A DNA stretch of 63,869 bases, filler included, from Octopus bimaculoides (taxonomy: Eukaryota), in assembly GCF_001194135.2 (NCBI RefSeq). It is 9 parts of 9 records of this genome, joined end to end, with 100 filler letters (N's around TTAATTAATTAA, not from the genome) between each part and the next. Parts side by side here need not be neighbours in the genome. Positions count along the whole stretch, not along the records: positions 1 to 24,080 come from NC_068993.1; 8 more parts are not named here. One strand, 5' to 3'. The notes below the pieces were generated by a model, which saw only the letters and a list, made by a program, of their open reading frames with translations, made no database searches and was not told the DNA's origin. Every line of letters begins with the position of its first letter. The first letter of the stretch is position 1. This document shows, piece by piece, positions 9,716 to 22,225 of the stretch. Position numbers and translations under genes: made by a program.

Positions 9716-11190
9716 TTAAAGGAATCTACTTTCGTCTTGGGACGTTGCTTTTAGAGGAAGCTACTCTGTTGGCAGGATACGTATGAGTTCTCCATTTCAT
9801 CTGTTGCTTCAGTTCCTAAAATTCTGCTATTGTTTCTTCTTACCTTTGTCTACACCAGCATCAAGAACCCTACAAAAGCATCAGAGGCTCCCCCTCCTCT
9901 CTTTATTCAATCATTTAAAAATAACTTTTTTTTTTGTTGTGTCTGAAATGATAAGAGTCCATAAATAATGTAGAGGGAGAGGAGATATTTTGAAGACTTG
10001 GGAGGTTAATTCAACTGCAGTAATGTCTATTAGATTATTGGATAAATATATTCTAGGTTTATACAGAGTAAGTACTTGAGTGAATACATTATTAAGGATG
10101 ATCACTTGCATTGAAGAATGTGTGTCTGTTTGTGTGTGTGTGTGTGTTTGTGTGTATTTCTCTGTGTGTGTCTGTGTGTGCGTTGTGTAAGTGTGTGAGA
10201 GAAAATGAAATAAAGATCTGGCATACTTTGTTGGGCTTTTCAATCATCAAATCTCAACAAAGGAAAATATATAATCACATGTTTGAGACCAGACAAGATA
10301 ACCATATGAGAATCAAACAATATCACACAATATGATGAAGAAAACTGGTGAAACTACCATGTTGGCTGCTAATTCCTCTAAACATCTTAAATCTTCTAAT
10401 TGATTCCATGTCACATTATTGGCAACAGATCACAGAAAATAAACGTGAAGGAAGCAGCTAATTATAAAACAATTATTAATACAACAATGATTTTTTTTTG
10501 TTTTCTATTTTTTTTGAAATTATTAATATGAAACGATTATTAATGTTTAATTTAATTTTGAATTTTTTACAAGAATCATATTAGTTACACAGTTTTTTTA
10601 CAACATATCATTAATAATAAGTGCAAAATATAAAAGATGTCTGTCTGTTAATAATTCAGTTATTTAATTACCGGTGTACTTTTATAAGTATACACATTCA
10701 CGCATAGGGGCAGACAGACCTACAAATTCAGGTCCAGTTATTAATTTTAATTAATAAATGATGTACAAAAGGATTGCTATTAACTGGTTTCCAAATAGCC
10801 AATCACTACTTGAGGGCCAATAGCCAGAGAGTGTACGTGTCTTGTTGCTGAATTTGTTGTGTGTATCTTGTATCTTGTTGTAAAGTACTGATTTTCAAAA
10901 CGTTTTAAATCGGCTTACCTATCTTTTTACTATTATAAATATGTGCAAATTTTGTGATATTCTACTGTAAAAAAATGACAGAAAATTTAAAAATGGATGG
11001 CGTATATCTTGTGAATGCAGGTAGACAATAGAATGACCAGACATTGTGGTAACTCGTGGCTCCACATGGAGTTTCAATGTTATTGGTTCATGCTTGAGAC
11101 TACGAGGTAAAACCAAAGTTACAGTATAGATGTCACGTGATGACTTATAAAAATGATTCCAGTGGTGACCATACCGTCTTGTTTCACACA
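9200..11190. repeat. Dispersed ~210-bp direct duplication (9200-9410 / 10985-11190)
   Basis: ATCTTGTGAATGCAGGTAGACAAT...CCGTCTTGTTTCACACAT is present twice with scattered substitutions. Confidence 0.9.
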
Positions 11191-12051
11191 TGACAATTAT
11201 TTTACTATTAGATTGTCCTCCATTATTTTAACCTATTACTTCAGAAGCGTCACAAGAACAGAGATGGATGAGGCTTTCAACTGGATATTTTCGATCCATT
11301 TTCGTGGGAGGGCTGCACCTAAATACTTAGTTTCCCCTATGGGGTCCCCTGTTGTTAAATACAAACTTCATGTTCGGTTAATGTTCGGTTAATTTAGGAT
11401 TAAGGAATGAATATATAATAAGCTTGTACGTTATTCCTTTTACATCATTACATAAACAAGACAGATGTGTATAATGTGTACACACAAAGACACACACACA
11501 CACACACTCACACGCACACACACGTGTATATAATGTAAAATGTGCGTGCGCCTGTTTGTATGTACACGTGTCTATAAGTATGGTTGTGTATGTATATGTC
11601 TGTATGTTAAACTTACGAATGCTATTAAAAGTTTAACAATCAAAGTGTGAACCTTAATTAAGAGATAAGAATTATAGATCTAGTGTTGAGAATTGCTTCA
11701 AACTAACTGTGATCGATGAAAATATTTTAATTAATATTACTCGAGGTTGTTATCAAGTTGTATTTTTTTTAAAGATTTTTCATCACATCTTTGATGCAAC
11801 TACTCGGAAATTTACCCCATCTCATTATTTCCACGAAATCATGACGCGAATATTTAAAGTAAGACCTGAGAGAATCTAAACATCATGGATTTCTTGAGAA
11901 CTCTGTTGTACAACTTTAAATAGCATCCCTTAATTTTATAGTAATTTTCTAACATTTAGCTTCCAGTGAACTACTAATTTGCTCTCGACATTTTTTCCAG
12001 TAGAGCAATCATTCTTTTTCATTATTGGATTTTTTTGTTCTATATACATAC

Positions 12052-12088
<37 letters not shown>

Positions 12089-12531
12089 NNNNNNNNNNNN
12101 NNNNNNNNNNNNNNNNNNNNNNNNNNNNNNNNNNNNNNNNNNNNNNNNNNNNNNNNNNNNNNNNNNNNNNNNNNNNNNNNNNNNNNNNNNNNNNNNNNNN
12201 NNNNNNNNNNNNNNNNNNNNNNNNNNNNNNNNNNNNNNNNNNNNNNNNNNNNNNNNNNNNNNNNNNNNNNNNNNNNNNNNNNNNNNNNNNNNNNNNNNNN
12301 NNNNNNNNNNNNNNNNNNNNNNNNNNNNNNNNNNNNNNNNNNNNNNNNNNNNNNNNNNNNNNNNNNNNNNNNNNNNNNNNNNNNNNNNNNNNNNNNNNNN
12401 NNNNNNNNNNNNNNNNNNNNNNNNNNNNNNNNNNNNNNNNNNNNNNNNNNNNNNNNNNNNNNNNNNNNNNNNNNNNNNNNNNNNNNNNNNNNNNNNNNNN
12501 NNNNNNNNNNNNNNNNNNNNNNNNNNNNNNN

Positions 12532-12572
<41 letters not shown>

Positions 12573-13273
12573 AAAACAGACAGACAGACAGAGAGGGGAG
12601 AGAGAGACGATGTTACATACGTATCAACAGATATTTAACGTTGCCAATGCTTCTTAAAGTGTAAGAGATACTGTGTAATTAGCCAGTGTTGTAAAGTTTT
12701 CTGTAAATGTGAAAAAAAGTTCTCGAAAATAAAGTATATACTGTAATTATATGTGTGCGTGCGTGTGAGTGTGTGTGTGTGTGCGTACAGTATAGCAAGA
12801 GCAATTACTAAAATTGAAACTATGATTGCATTGCTCGAAGAACTTTTAGATAAAACGAAGAAACGTCTGAGAAGTACATGAAAACATTGTACAAGGTTTT
12901 TGTGTTTTATAACTCACAATTCAGACTTCAGATATAGGCAAATGATAACGGAAATTTAGCACCAAATGTGCCCTTTGGAAGTAGTTCAGTAAGAAGACAA
13001 GCTAGTGGACCTTCCCTTTATGAAACATCGTTTTTTATTAATCAACCGTATCTATTGTAGAAGACTGACTACAACAAATAGAATAGACAAGAACACTGAT
13101 GAGTTGAGACAATGTTGTAATTTACAAGTAGAGGTACAGGCTAACAATGGTTGCAAATATTATAAAAGAAGTCTGACTTAAAATTCCCCGAAACTTTTGT
13201 GTCGATTACAATGTTGCGGAGTCTCCTGCTTACAGGCATTTCTCTCTCCCTCTCTTTCTTTCTTTCTCTCTTC

Positions 13274-13317
<44 letters not shown>

Positions 13318-16300
13318 NNNNNNNNNNNNNNNNNNNNNNNNNNNNNNNNNNNNNNNNNNNNNNNNNNNNNNNNNNNNNNNNNNNNNNNNNNNNNNNNNNN
13401 NNNNNNNNNNNNNNNNNNNNNNNNNNNNNNNNNNNNNNNNNNNNNNNNNNNNNNNNNNNNNNNNNNNNNNNNNNNNNNNNNNNNNNNNNNNNNNNNNNNN
13501 NNNACGAGTATGTGTGTGTATGTATATATAATAGGCTATATACATATTCTCATTCTTAACACCATGAATTATATAGCAATACTTATGAATGAATTTACTG
13601 CTAATGGCACTTTGACAAGTAAGAATTAAATATTTTCGTCACGACTAAATTGACACATTCATTATGGAATGCGAAATTTCCACCCTGCTATCTACACCGT
13701 AAAGCATTTAACTCGCTGAATCTTTCAATCTCTTAAGTGAAAAATATGATTCAAAATGATTTTTTTCTCAGATCACAGGCTTAATGTTGAATTATGATAA
13801 TTAAATTATTCATTCATGTTTTCTTTTTTATCAACTTGACTAAGAACAACCCACGATAATTAGTAAAGTAATTAATCGTAACTTAACTGAAGTATAAAAA
13901 AGAATAATATATTCAAAAATGCATAATAAAAAGAGTTTGGGTGCACAATAGTGATTAATATTGGGCAACTTCGCCGAACAAGACAAACCCTGTCAGGTGA
14001 AGTCTACTATAAATTTTCGGTTTCTACTTGGTGCATTTCTATATCATGTCGGTCTTGTAGTTTGTTTACCGAGTGATTTTTTATCTCAGACTGTAGTAAT
14101 CCGATGCAACTGCACCATGTAAGAGCCCTCGAAAATATTTAGTTGCACAAAAAAAGTTTAAGTTCTATTGTAACTGATTGGAAGTTTGTTGAGAGTCACT
14201 TCTTATAGGACGAGGGTTCTATTTTAGTTATTATCTTTAGTATTTTATAATTTTTGCCTTTTGTTTATGTCGTTTCTCTATTTCATGTTGAAATTCAAGT
14301 AAGATATGCTTGTTGCATTCATATAGATTGACATTGACTCTGTGACATTAATCGCCGGTCTGTCATCTTAAGTTGATATTCATTTTACTTGTTTTCATTT
14401 TCAACATTGTGTATATTAATGTCAACTTCCACATTTTTAAAATTCTTCTCCCTTTTTAATTTTTATTTCTTTATATTGCCCCCTCTTTCTGTACACTTTG
14501 TATAATACATAAAAGTTATAGTGTATTAAAGGTTTATCTATTGTGATTTAATTCGTAGAAATTACGCATACTAGAAATTAAGTATGCACTATCTAGAAGC
14601 TAGATTAAATATATTTTGAAAGACTACGAATGGCGGATGCATAAATCTCACTCATTTCATTCCAGTTAAATCAGAACAATTCTCTCTTTTTAGCCAGAAA
14701 GAATATTTGCAGATTTTATAGTTTATACCAGACCACAAATTAAAGGTTTCGAGTGATTAAAGACCCTTACTTTACTGTGATACTCATGGAAGCATTTAAT
14801 TTCTATAGGATTGAAGCTGTCGTCTTTATTGTTGTAAAATTGTGAAATATACCGTAGATATTTCTTCTTGGTGAGCAGAATGCATAATACTGTTTCAGAT
14901 CTAAATATTTTGCAATCTTGTTTATCATGTCCTAAAACTGTGCCTCTGTGTCACAAAAGAAGCTAATAGCTCAATATTTCTTAGGATAAGCAATATAGTA
15001 TAATCTTCGTTGAAGATATAATATTATTCTACAGAGGTAAAGCTAGGGTGCCACAACAAATGAATGGTCCCCGATGTGTATTTATTGCTAATATGAAAAT
15101 ATTGTAGGAATTGTTCTTACACCTTACACAGACTTTTCAAAATGTCATTAATATAAATCTTTTTCTACTGCGTGTGAAAACAAAAGGTAAAATATTGGCG
15201 GAGCTTCAATAAAGCGCAATGTTACAATATTTCATAAATGTCTAATGAAAAACAGACTTACACTTCAACTGCTAAGTAATTGCATAGAAAAGATGTTAGA
15301 ATTTCTCATTTACTTTGTTTATAGGATAGGATGATGAAACTGAGGCCTATGAAAAATTATTTCTAACAATGTTTTCTACGTATGATATACTCCCAACCGA
15401 GAAACGTGGAGCTCTAAACCTACTACATGTATCAGTATGCCGGAGAAAATCCTTGTAGACTTAAATTTAGTATCGTTAATTTATGTCACAAAACTGAATT
15501 TATTGTTTGGCCTGATATAAGTATAACGAGCATACTGTATAGTGTATTTTCTCAATGATCTAGACACCTGTAAAATAATGTAAAGGCCATACATCATATG
15601 AAATCTTTATATCTATATGTATTTATAGGGCAGAAAACAAAAGCAACACCCACTAAATCGTGAACGAATATTTACTACTCAAATGATATAGTGTTGAGAT
15701 GTGAGTACCGCAGGGAGTTCTTAAAATTTTCCAATTTCAAAGTTGAAATTGTATTTGTGATATTGTTTTTATAATACTCAAATGGAAATATGTGAAAGTG
15801 CCTGGCTTAATGGCTAGGAAGTTATGAAGACAATTGTAAGACCATGCGGCGACTCCCAGATCGGATGGCAGGCTACCTCCTTAAGCAAAGTACTTCATTT
15901 CATTCAGCTGAAAATTGAGTGACGTCTGCAACAGTATAGTGCCCCGTGGATAATTAACCAAAATCCATCATTGCTAGTTGCGGTACGCTAAAGAATGAAG
16001 AATAATATAGTTTAAGAGAAAGAAATGCTCTAAGCAAATTAGTTTTCCATTACACTTTTTAATGAGAAGATACACTTAATTTTAAATTTTCTTTTTGTAA
16101 AATCTATTGGCGGAGTTTGTTCGATAGATCAATATATATTATAAATGATGATGTATTCACGCTAAGATCAATTCATCTTAATTACAAATGATTTTTGTTA
16201 CTTGTTTGTAACACATTGCTATTTCGACAATTATCGTATATAACTTTTCACTTCAGATATTTCTTACTAGTAATCATTCTCTAATATAATTTGCGATTTT

Positions 16301-16435
16301 TCATACATATGCGTTGAGTATATTTTGGCTTAGTTTATGTATAAGCCATTTCAACACATTGGTAAGCATTTCTTTCTCTATGTGTGCATGTATGTATGTT
16401 ATTGTTTCCCTTCATCTATATATGGAATTTGCTAC

Positions 16436-16471
<36 letters not shown>

Positions 16472-16482
16472 TGATGATGATA

Positions 16483-16520
<38 letters not shown>

Positions 16521-16819
16521 CATGATGATAAGTATTCTATGAGTAAGGGAACATTTAAATGTTTAATCTAGGTCCGAAACTTTCATACATAACTAAATAT
16601 TTATTCAAACATATATATATAAACAAATACACAGAAACATAAAATGAATATATATCTTGAAAAATATAACCCGTAATTACATGTATGGAAATCAAACTTT
16701 GTTCTACAACTTGTCATTTTTTATAAAAGTCAATTGTGCAAATTTATATGCTTTTAAATGCCTTTAATTTTCAGAAACTGCCAACAGTTTTGCCGTCTAA
16801 ATAATTTTGCAATCTTTTC

Positions 16820-16922
16820 TTGCGCGTTTCCTGGCCTATAAAAATGTCACCCTATGCCGCTATAGCTACTGAACACTCTGCTGCTATAGCTACATGTCAC
16901 TCTGTGGCTTTATAGCTACACG
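16820..16922. repeat. Short degenerate minisatellite, about 3 units ending CTATAGCTAC
   Basis: TGTCACCCTATGCCGCTATAGCTAC / TGAACACTCTGCTGCTATAGCTAC / ATGTCACTCTGTGGCTTTATAGCTAC. Confidence 0.6.
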
Positions 16923-17669
16923 GGAAAATTAATTATGACTGGAAATCTCAGTTTCTATATGGCATCCCCACAATAACAATATATTTATATATCGAAAGGA
17001 TATCTGAATATTCATAAGTCTTATTGTTTTTGTTTAGACTTAGGTCAATACACGTTGGTCAAATTTATGATGAAAGACATTTCGGAGTTTTTCCTCAAAT
17101 GTTCTTCATTTTCTAATATATTTCGGTTAGATTTTATGAAAACGTAATATATTTTTCTAGCTGGTCAAGTTACCCCGTAGAATCACCGCTGCTGGTTGTT
17201 TTCTCTCTTGTTGGTTCATTTTATTGTATATCTTATTAATATTAAAATATTCTGGCTTATATACATGAAACGTATTAGGTAAATGATTATTGTAGACAAG
17301 CAGTCTAACTCTACCAATGTACACATAAATTTTGAAACTATGGCGATAGAATTAACATAATTTTAATTATCTAAAAAGGCATAACCATGAAATAACTAGC
17401 AAATATACTAGCAAGGTATAGCGGTAATGTATCTGCAACATGAATAACATAGAAGGGGATAGTGAAAGTTACCGAGTAAAGTCTCGGCACTATGTATTTT
17501 TCATTGCTCAGGACAATTTTAAAAAAAACAAGCTTAATGAATTTAACCCACATGGCTGTGTATATGTACCATGACTGCTAAAGTCCACAAGTAATTCAAA
17601 TTATTCTGGTAAACTGGAAATCTTCCGCTAGAGATATGTTTTCATTGGAAACATTTTCGTTTTTATAAC

Positions 17670-19860
17670 GTGGAGAAGATGAAAACTGCTTCATGTAGAA
17701 AATCCGAAGACTTATTAAACTGGCAGTTAGAGAGTATTAAGGAATACGAATTGAAATTCATAATCAACAAGACGTATGACGTAAAGAATCATAAAATAGC
17801 TAAATTTGAGGAGAAAGAAATTGAGAAGTGCTTGGGGCAGATATGGGAAAATATTACATATCTGACCCGAGGACCAAAATACGCAACAGCGGAAGTGCGT
17901 TCCAAAAGATGTTCTCACCAGGTTATATTGCGAACTTAATAACAAAGTTTAAGTATGAACCAGACGAATGAAATACCTTCGAGGTGTATCATAGAAGATG
18001 CGTTTTTAATTCAAGAGTGCAAATATTGGGATCACGATATGAAAATGCGTTTAGTCTTAAGAATACTGGTAGCAGGAGAACATGAGCGTTACAACAATTA
18101 TGTACTCCTGAAAAAAATAAAACCATCTGACATAAACTTTAAAAATACAATACACATAGTGTGTAAAATTTTTAGCGAGAAAAGCTCATTGATCAATACA
18201 CGCTGGAAATGTTTGAACCTGGAAAAAAACAACGGGAGGGACTACATCGCATATGTTGGTAGAGTTAGCAGGGAATGCGAAAGGTTAAGACTGGACGAAT
18301 TAAGGCCGGATATGTTCAAGTGCCTGATATTTACTCAAGGACTAAATGCAGAAAATGACGCATGAACTGGGCTGCTGCACGAAAACAAAGGCAAAACTTG
18401 TAAAACAAACTGCAACACCATTATTTAAGCCAAAACGTAATGTATCGTTCGCAGCAATAGAACAGGTAAACAAGGAACGTGAAAGACTTGAATGCCTTGG
18501 AATAATCGAGAGTAGCACTACCTGAAACACTGCATCAGAAAATTTTGAGAGAATTCCATATTGGACATCCTGGTATTTCGAGGATGAAAGTTTTAATGCG
18601 TGTACTGGCGAAAAATGGATAGAGAAACCGAAATTTTAGTGAAATGATGTAGAGGATGTGCTCTAGCGGCAAAATTACCGACGACAAAAAGTGAACTCTG
18701 GCCACAAGTAGATGTTCCGTGGTCGAGACTACACACTGATTTCACTGGTCTCTTAAACGGTTCATACTACGTAGTGGTAGTCGGTTGTTTCTCTGAATGG
18801 CCAGAAATTTGTAAGTGTAAAAAGCCAACATCCTCAACTGCGACAAACCTTTTACATGACCTGTTTGCAAAATTTGGCATTCCAGATATTATAATGTCTG
18901 AGAATGGAACACAATTTGTGTCGTTTGAATTAAAGGTTTTGTAAAATGTTCGCTGTAGAACATGTAACTACGGCACCATATCATCCCACATCTAATGGAC
19001 AGGTAGAACACTGTGTCGAGACGTTCAAGAGAACCATAAGAAAGTAGAATAAGGAAGTTACGGATGAGGTAGCTCTACAAAAATTCTTAAGAGTATACGT
19101 GTGACACCAAATCCAAATACACCAGCATGTATGTCACCGTCGGAGCTGGTGTTTGCGAAGAAAATAAAATCAGTCTTACACAAATTGCTGCCTGGCAAGG
19201 AAAGAAAAATTGCAATGGAAAATACAGAAAGATATTTCAAGATTTGTGAAAAGGTATTTGTTAGGACATATAAGAACGGAAAACAAATTTGGGAAAATGC
19301 CGTGATTACCAAACGCATGGGAAAAATGCTATTCTTGGTAAAAGGAAGAAGTGGGGTATACAAAAGACACATGAACCGACTAAAAAAAGATTCGGTGAGA
19401 GCAAACCCAAGAGAATGGAAGAGCCAATGGAATGTTTATATGATACTTTTTAAGTCCCAACGCCACTACAAATATTTGAACCCAGATGTACAAGCCTAAG
19501 AGAAAGAAAATGGACGGAGTTCTTCCAAGTGGATGCCAAACAAAAGAATATTAAATGTATAACTGCATAGGGAAAGAAAACTTAAAAAGTTAGGTAGGGT
19601 GATGTTAAAATTATTGCTATTAAAAGAAATAAAATTACACTCCCTAAGAAAAAAGTAAACTTAAAAGGGGATGTTATGAGAATAATAATAATAATATCAA
19701 TGGTACACCTCTCCCTGGTGACAAATGGTATGTGCTAGTTGCTATAAATAAGATGACGTCGATCACTGTCAGGAGAGAGTACGAAGTAGATAGTCAAAGA
19801 TAATCGTGGTCTTACTTGTCTATCTAACTATGCTGCTATACCGGAGTGGGCGCTATAACA
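17670..19860 (+). mobile_element. Ty3/Gypsy (K02A2.6/Mag-like) LTR retrotransposon remnant with internal deletions: gag, RT N-terminal stub, integrase, polypurine tract (PPT), LTR
   Basis: Gag-like EHERYNNYVL...FSEKSSLINTRWKCLNL...MFKCLIFTQGL. RT-leader KAKLVK...FKPKRNVSFAAIEQVNKERERLECLGII. Integrase HIGHPGISRMK...YW...CRGC...PWSRLHTDFTG...FGIPDIIMSENGTQF...PYHPTSNGQVE. PPT AAAAGGGGA at 19663-19671. Confidence 0.9.
19672..19860 (+). repeat. Putative 3' LTR (189 bp, TGTTAT...ATAACA termini)
   Basis: Inverted 6-bp termini immediately after the PPT. No matching 5' LTR was recognised. Confidence 0.55.
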
Positions 19861-19869
19861 GTCCGACAA

Positions 19870-20400
19870 AGAATTACAGTAGCAGGGCGATGCACACATC
19901 CAGTATCTGGGTATTGCTGAATGTGGAGTTTTGTCGAACAGCTGTTGTCGCTAGTAGGGCGGTCCAGTTATCGGCCGAGTCAATTGTGAGGATCGTCCTC
20001 CACCTTCTTTTGATTGGGACGGGAATATGGCTATCTTGTCTGATGACTATGGTGAAAAAGGTATTATGGTGGATAAGGTTTAGGGGATTGAAGACAGAGA
20101 GGTTCCTCTTCGGCCACAACCTCTTCGACATTACGACAATCCATTTACAAAGAAAGTGAGGGTGGGAACGGAAGTGTTGCCGCCCCACTCACCAGTGTTT
20201 TTATTGGAAGGTGGGTGAAGGTGATGAAATGGCTCGTGAGTGGGCCTTACATTGAGCACACGCCTGTAGGCCGGGGCATATGAAGAGGAGAGAGGTGCCA
20301 AGATATGTAGGATTCCTTGATTGCTCCTGGGTGGAATTTACTATTTCTGGGGAATTTTATTGTTTAAATGTTGTTGTTAATTTATGCATTTGTTTTGCTA
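19870..20400 (+). mobile_element. L1/Tx1-type LINE 3' fragment
   Basis: VQLSAESIVRIV...MTMVKKVLWWIRFRGLKTERFLFGHNLF...HLQRK parallels the copy at 3180-4160. Confidence 0.65.
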
Positions 20401-21013
20401 AATTTTTGTTGAAACAGATATTGTTATATTTGAGGATGGTTATACTTTCACCAATTAAACACATGCACTATATACTTGGTATTCACCTCAGCTTTATTAT
20501 GCTAATTACTATTTTAAAATTATTAATAATAATAATAAAACCGAAGTCATGACAAAGTATAGAGTGCAGCACGTGTTATTAATTGCTATATCCAGAGAAT
20601 TGCGTGCGGTGCATGAAGTTCTGTACAAGTTTCCTTGTTTCATAGGACTCGCATACGTTGTTCATTATCCTAAGTCTGCTATCAGTATGTTAATTTTCAT
20701 ATAGTGTGACAAGGCTAAGTACTTCTCAACAATGTGTTTAGAAGCTATGGGCTTTATGTAATACAGGTGGAGGAGCTGCACTCCGTTGTTAACAGTCTCT
20801 AATCAAAGTTCAGTATCACGGACGAGTAATCTATTGCTATGGTTCCTAGTGGGCTAATTTATAGTTATCTTGATGCTTTGGTGGATGGAGTTAGCAACGT
20901 ATTGAATGCTCTCCATTGTGCCCCTCTCAGTGTCTTCGTTGCAGTTATATGGGGTTGTCCTAACTAGAATATTAATGTCGTCTACGAATCTACAGTAAAG
21001 CAATACTATTATA

Positions 21014-22225
21014 TTAGGTCATCAAGCATGAAATTTGTAGTAAGGTATATAGTAATCTTTGACAGCTGCTCCTTTTGCGCCATTATTATATTTTGACAAT
21101 CTTTATTTTTTGTTAGAAAGCTGACACATCTATTTCTATATTCTAACTCATTTTGCACTTTATAAAGTATTTATAAATCGTTTTTGTTTAGACATGGATA
21201 TGTCGGAAATACGTACAGTTTTGAAATATGACTTCTTTCTTGGAAATACAGCGTCACAAACAGCTCGGAATATTAATGGAATATTTCATTCTAAAGTTTT
21301 TACACAGTAGACAGTATCGAATTGGTTTTCAAAGTTTCTTTCTGGTAACTTTGACCTCACAAATCTGCAACGCGGTCTACCAGAAACAAAGGCAGATAAT
21401 GACGAACTGAAAGCCACCGCCGATTCAGATTCATATCAAAGTGCCTGTGAATTATCGTTGTTGTTTGGTGGTAGCAAACAAACAATATTGACTCACCTAC
21501 TTCAAATCGGTAAAGTGAACAGCAACGTTTGGAAGCCTGCATTATACTACTGTCTCGTCACAGAAATGAATCATTTTTGAATGAGAAATGGATCTAATAC
21601 AACAACCGTAAAGATTCAGCACAATGGTTTGAAAGAGGCGAGCCACCAAAACACAGTTCAGAAAGCAAAATTCATCAAAAGAAGCTGATGGTACGTGATC
21701 CTTTATGATTTCATTAAATCTGGCTCATCAATCACGGCCGAAGTATAGTGCAGCTGAAGACAGAGCCAGACCACACATCGAAGATAACGCCAGACCACAA
21801 AACAAAGACAACGCCAGACCACACATCGAAGACAACGCTAGACCACACATCGAAGACAACGCCAGACCACACATCGCAAAAATGACATTGGTGAAACTAC
21901 AGGAGTTTGAGTTGGAAGTTCTCCATCATCCACCATACTCATCTGATCTTGCCCCCACTGACAACCACTTCTTCCAGAATTTGGATAATTTTTTGATAAG
22001 AAAAAAAAATTAATTCCCACGATGCTGTAAAATAGGCCTTTCAGTATTTTATTGACTCTAGATTGCCAGGCTTTTACAGTTCCGGGCTGGACAAGCTATC
22101 AATGAAATGGCCAAAGTGTATTGACAATATGGGTGCATACTCTGATGAATAAAACTATTCCTTGTAGTTATAAAACATTAGCGGACATTTTTTCTTTTCT
22201 ACAAATTTCATACTTGACGACCTAA
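21014..22225 (+). mobile_element. Complete-ended but decayed mariner (D,D34D-type) DNA transposon, 1212 bp, TA TSD
   Basis: Terminal inverted repeats (TIRs) TTAGGTCATCAAGCATGAAATTTGTAG at 21014 and CTACAAATTTCATACTTGACGACCTAA ending 22225, with TA at 21012-13 and 22226-27. Transposase remnants include GNTASQTARNING, NEKWI, DNARPHIAKMTL and HPPYSSDLAPTDNHFFQNLDNFL. Confidence 0.92.
21756..21875 (+). repeat. 5 x 24-bp in-frame tandem repeat encoding EDNARPHI inside the mariner transposase
   Basis: Units start at 21756, 21780, 21804, 21828 and 21852; consensus GAAGACAACGCCAGACCACACATC. Confidence 0.95.

Noticed and set aside
19874-20188. Minus-strand ORF with superficial Penelope-like PKRNLS...IVIR words
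   Set aside because: The plus strand matches the L1/Tx1 C-terminus seen at 3180-4160 much better.
21756-21875. Regular short repeat array that could be mistaken for CRISPR
   Set aside because: The units are contiguous with no spacers, lie inside a mariner transposase in eukaryotic DNA, and there are no cas genes.
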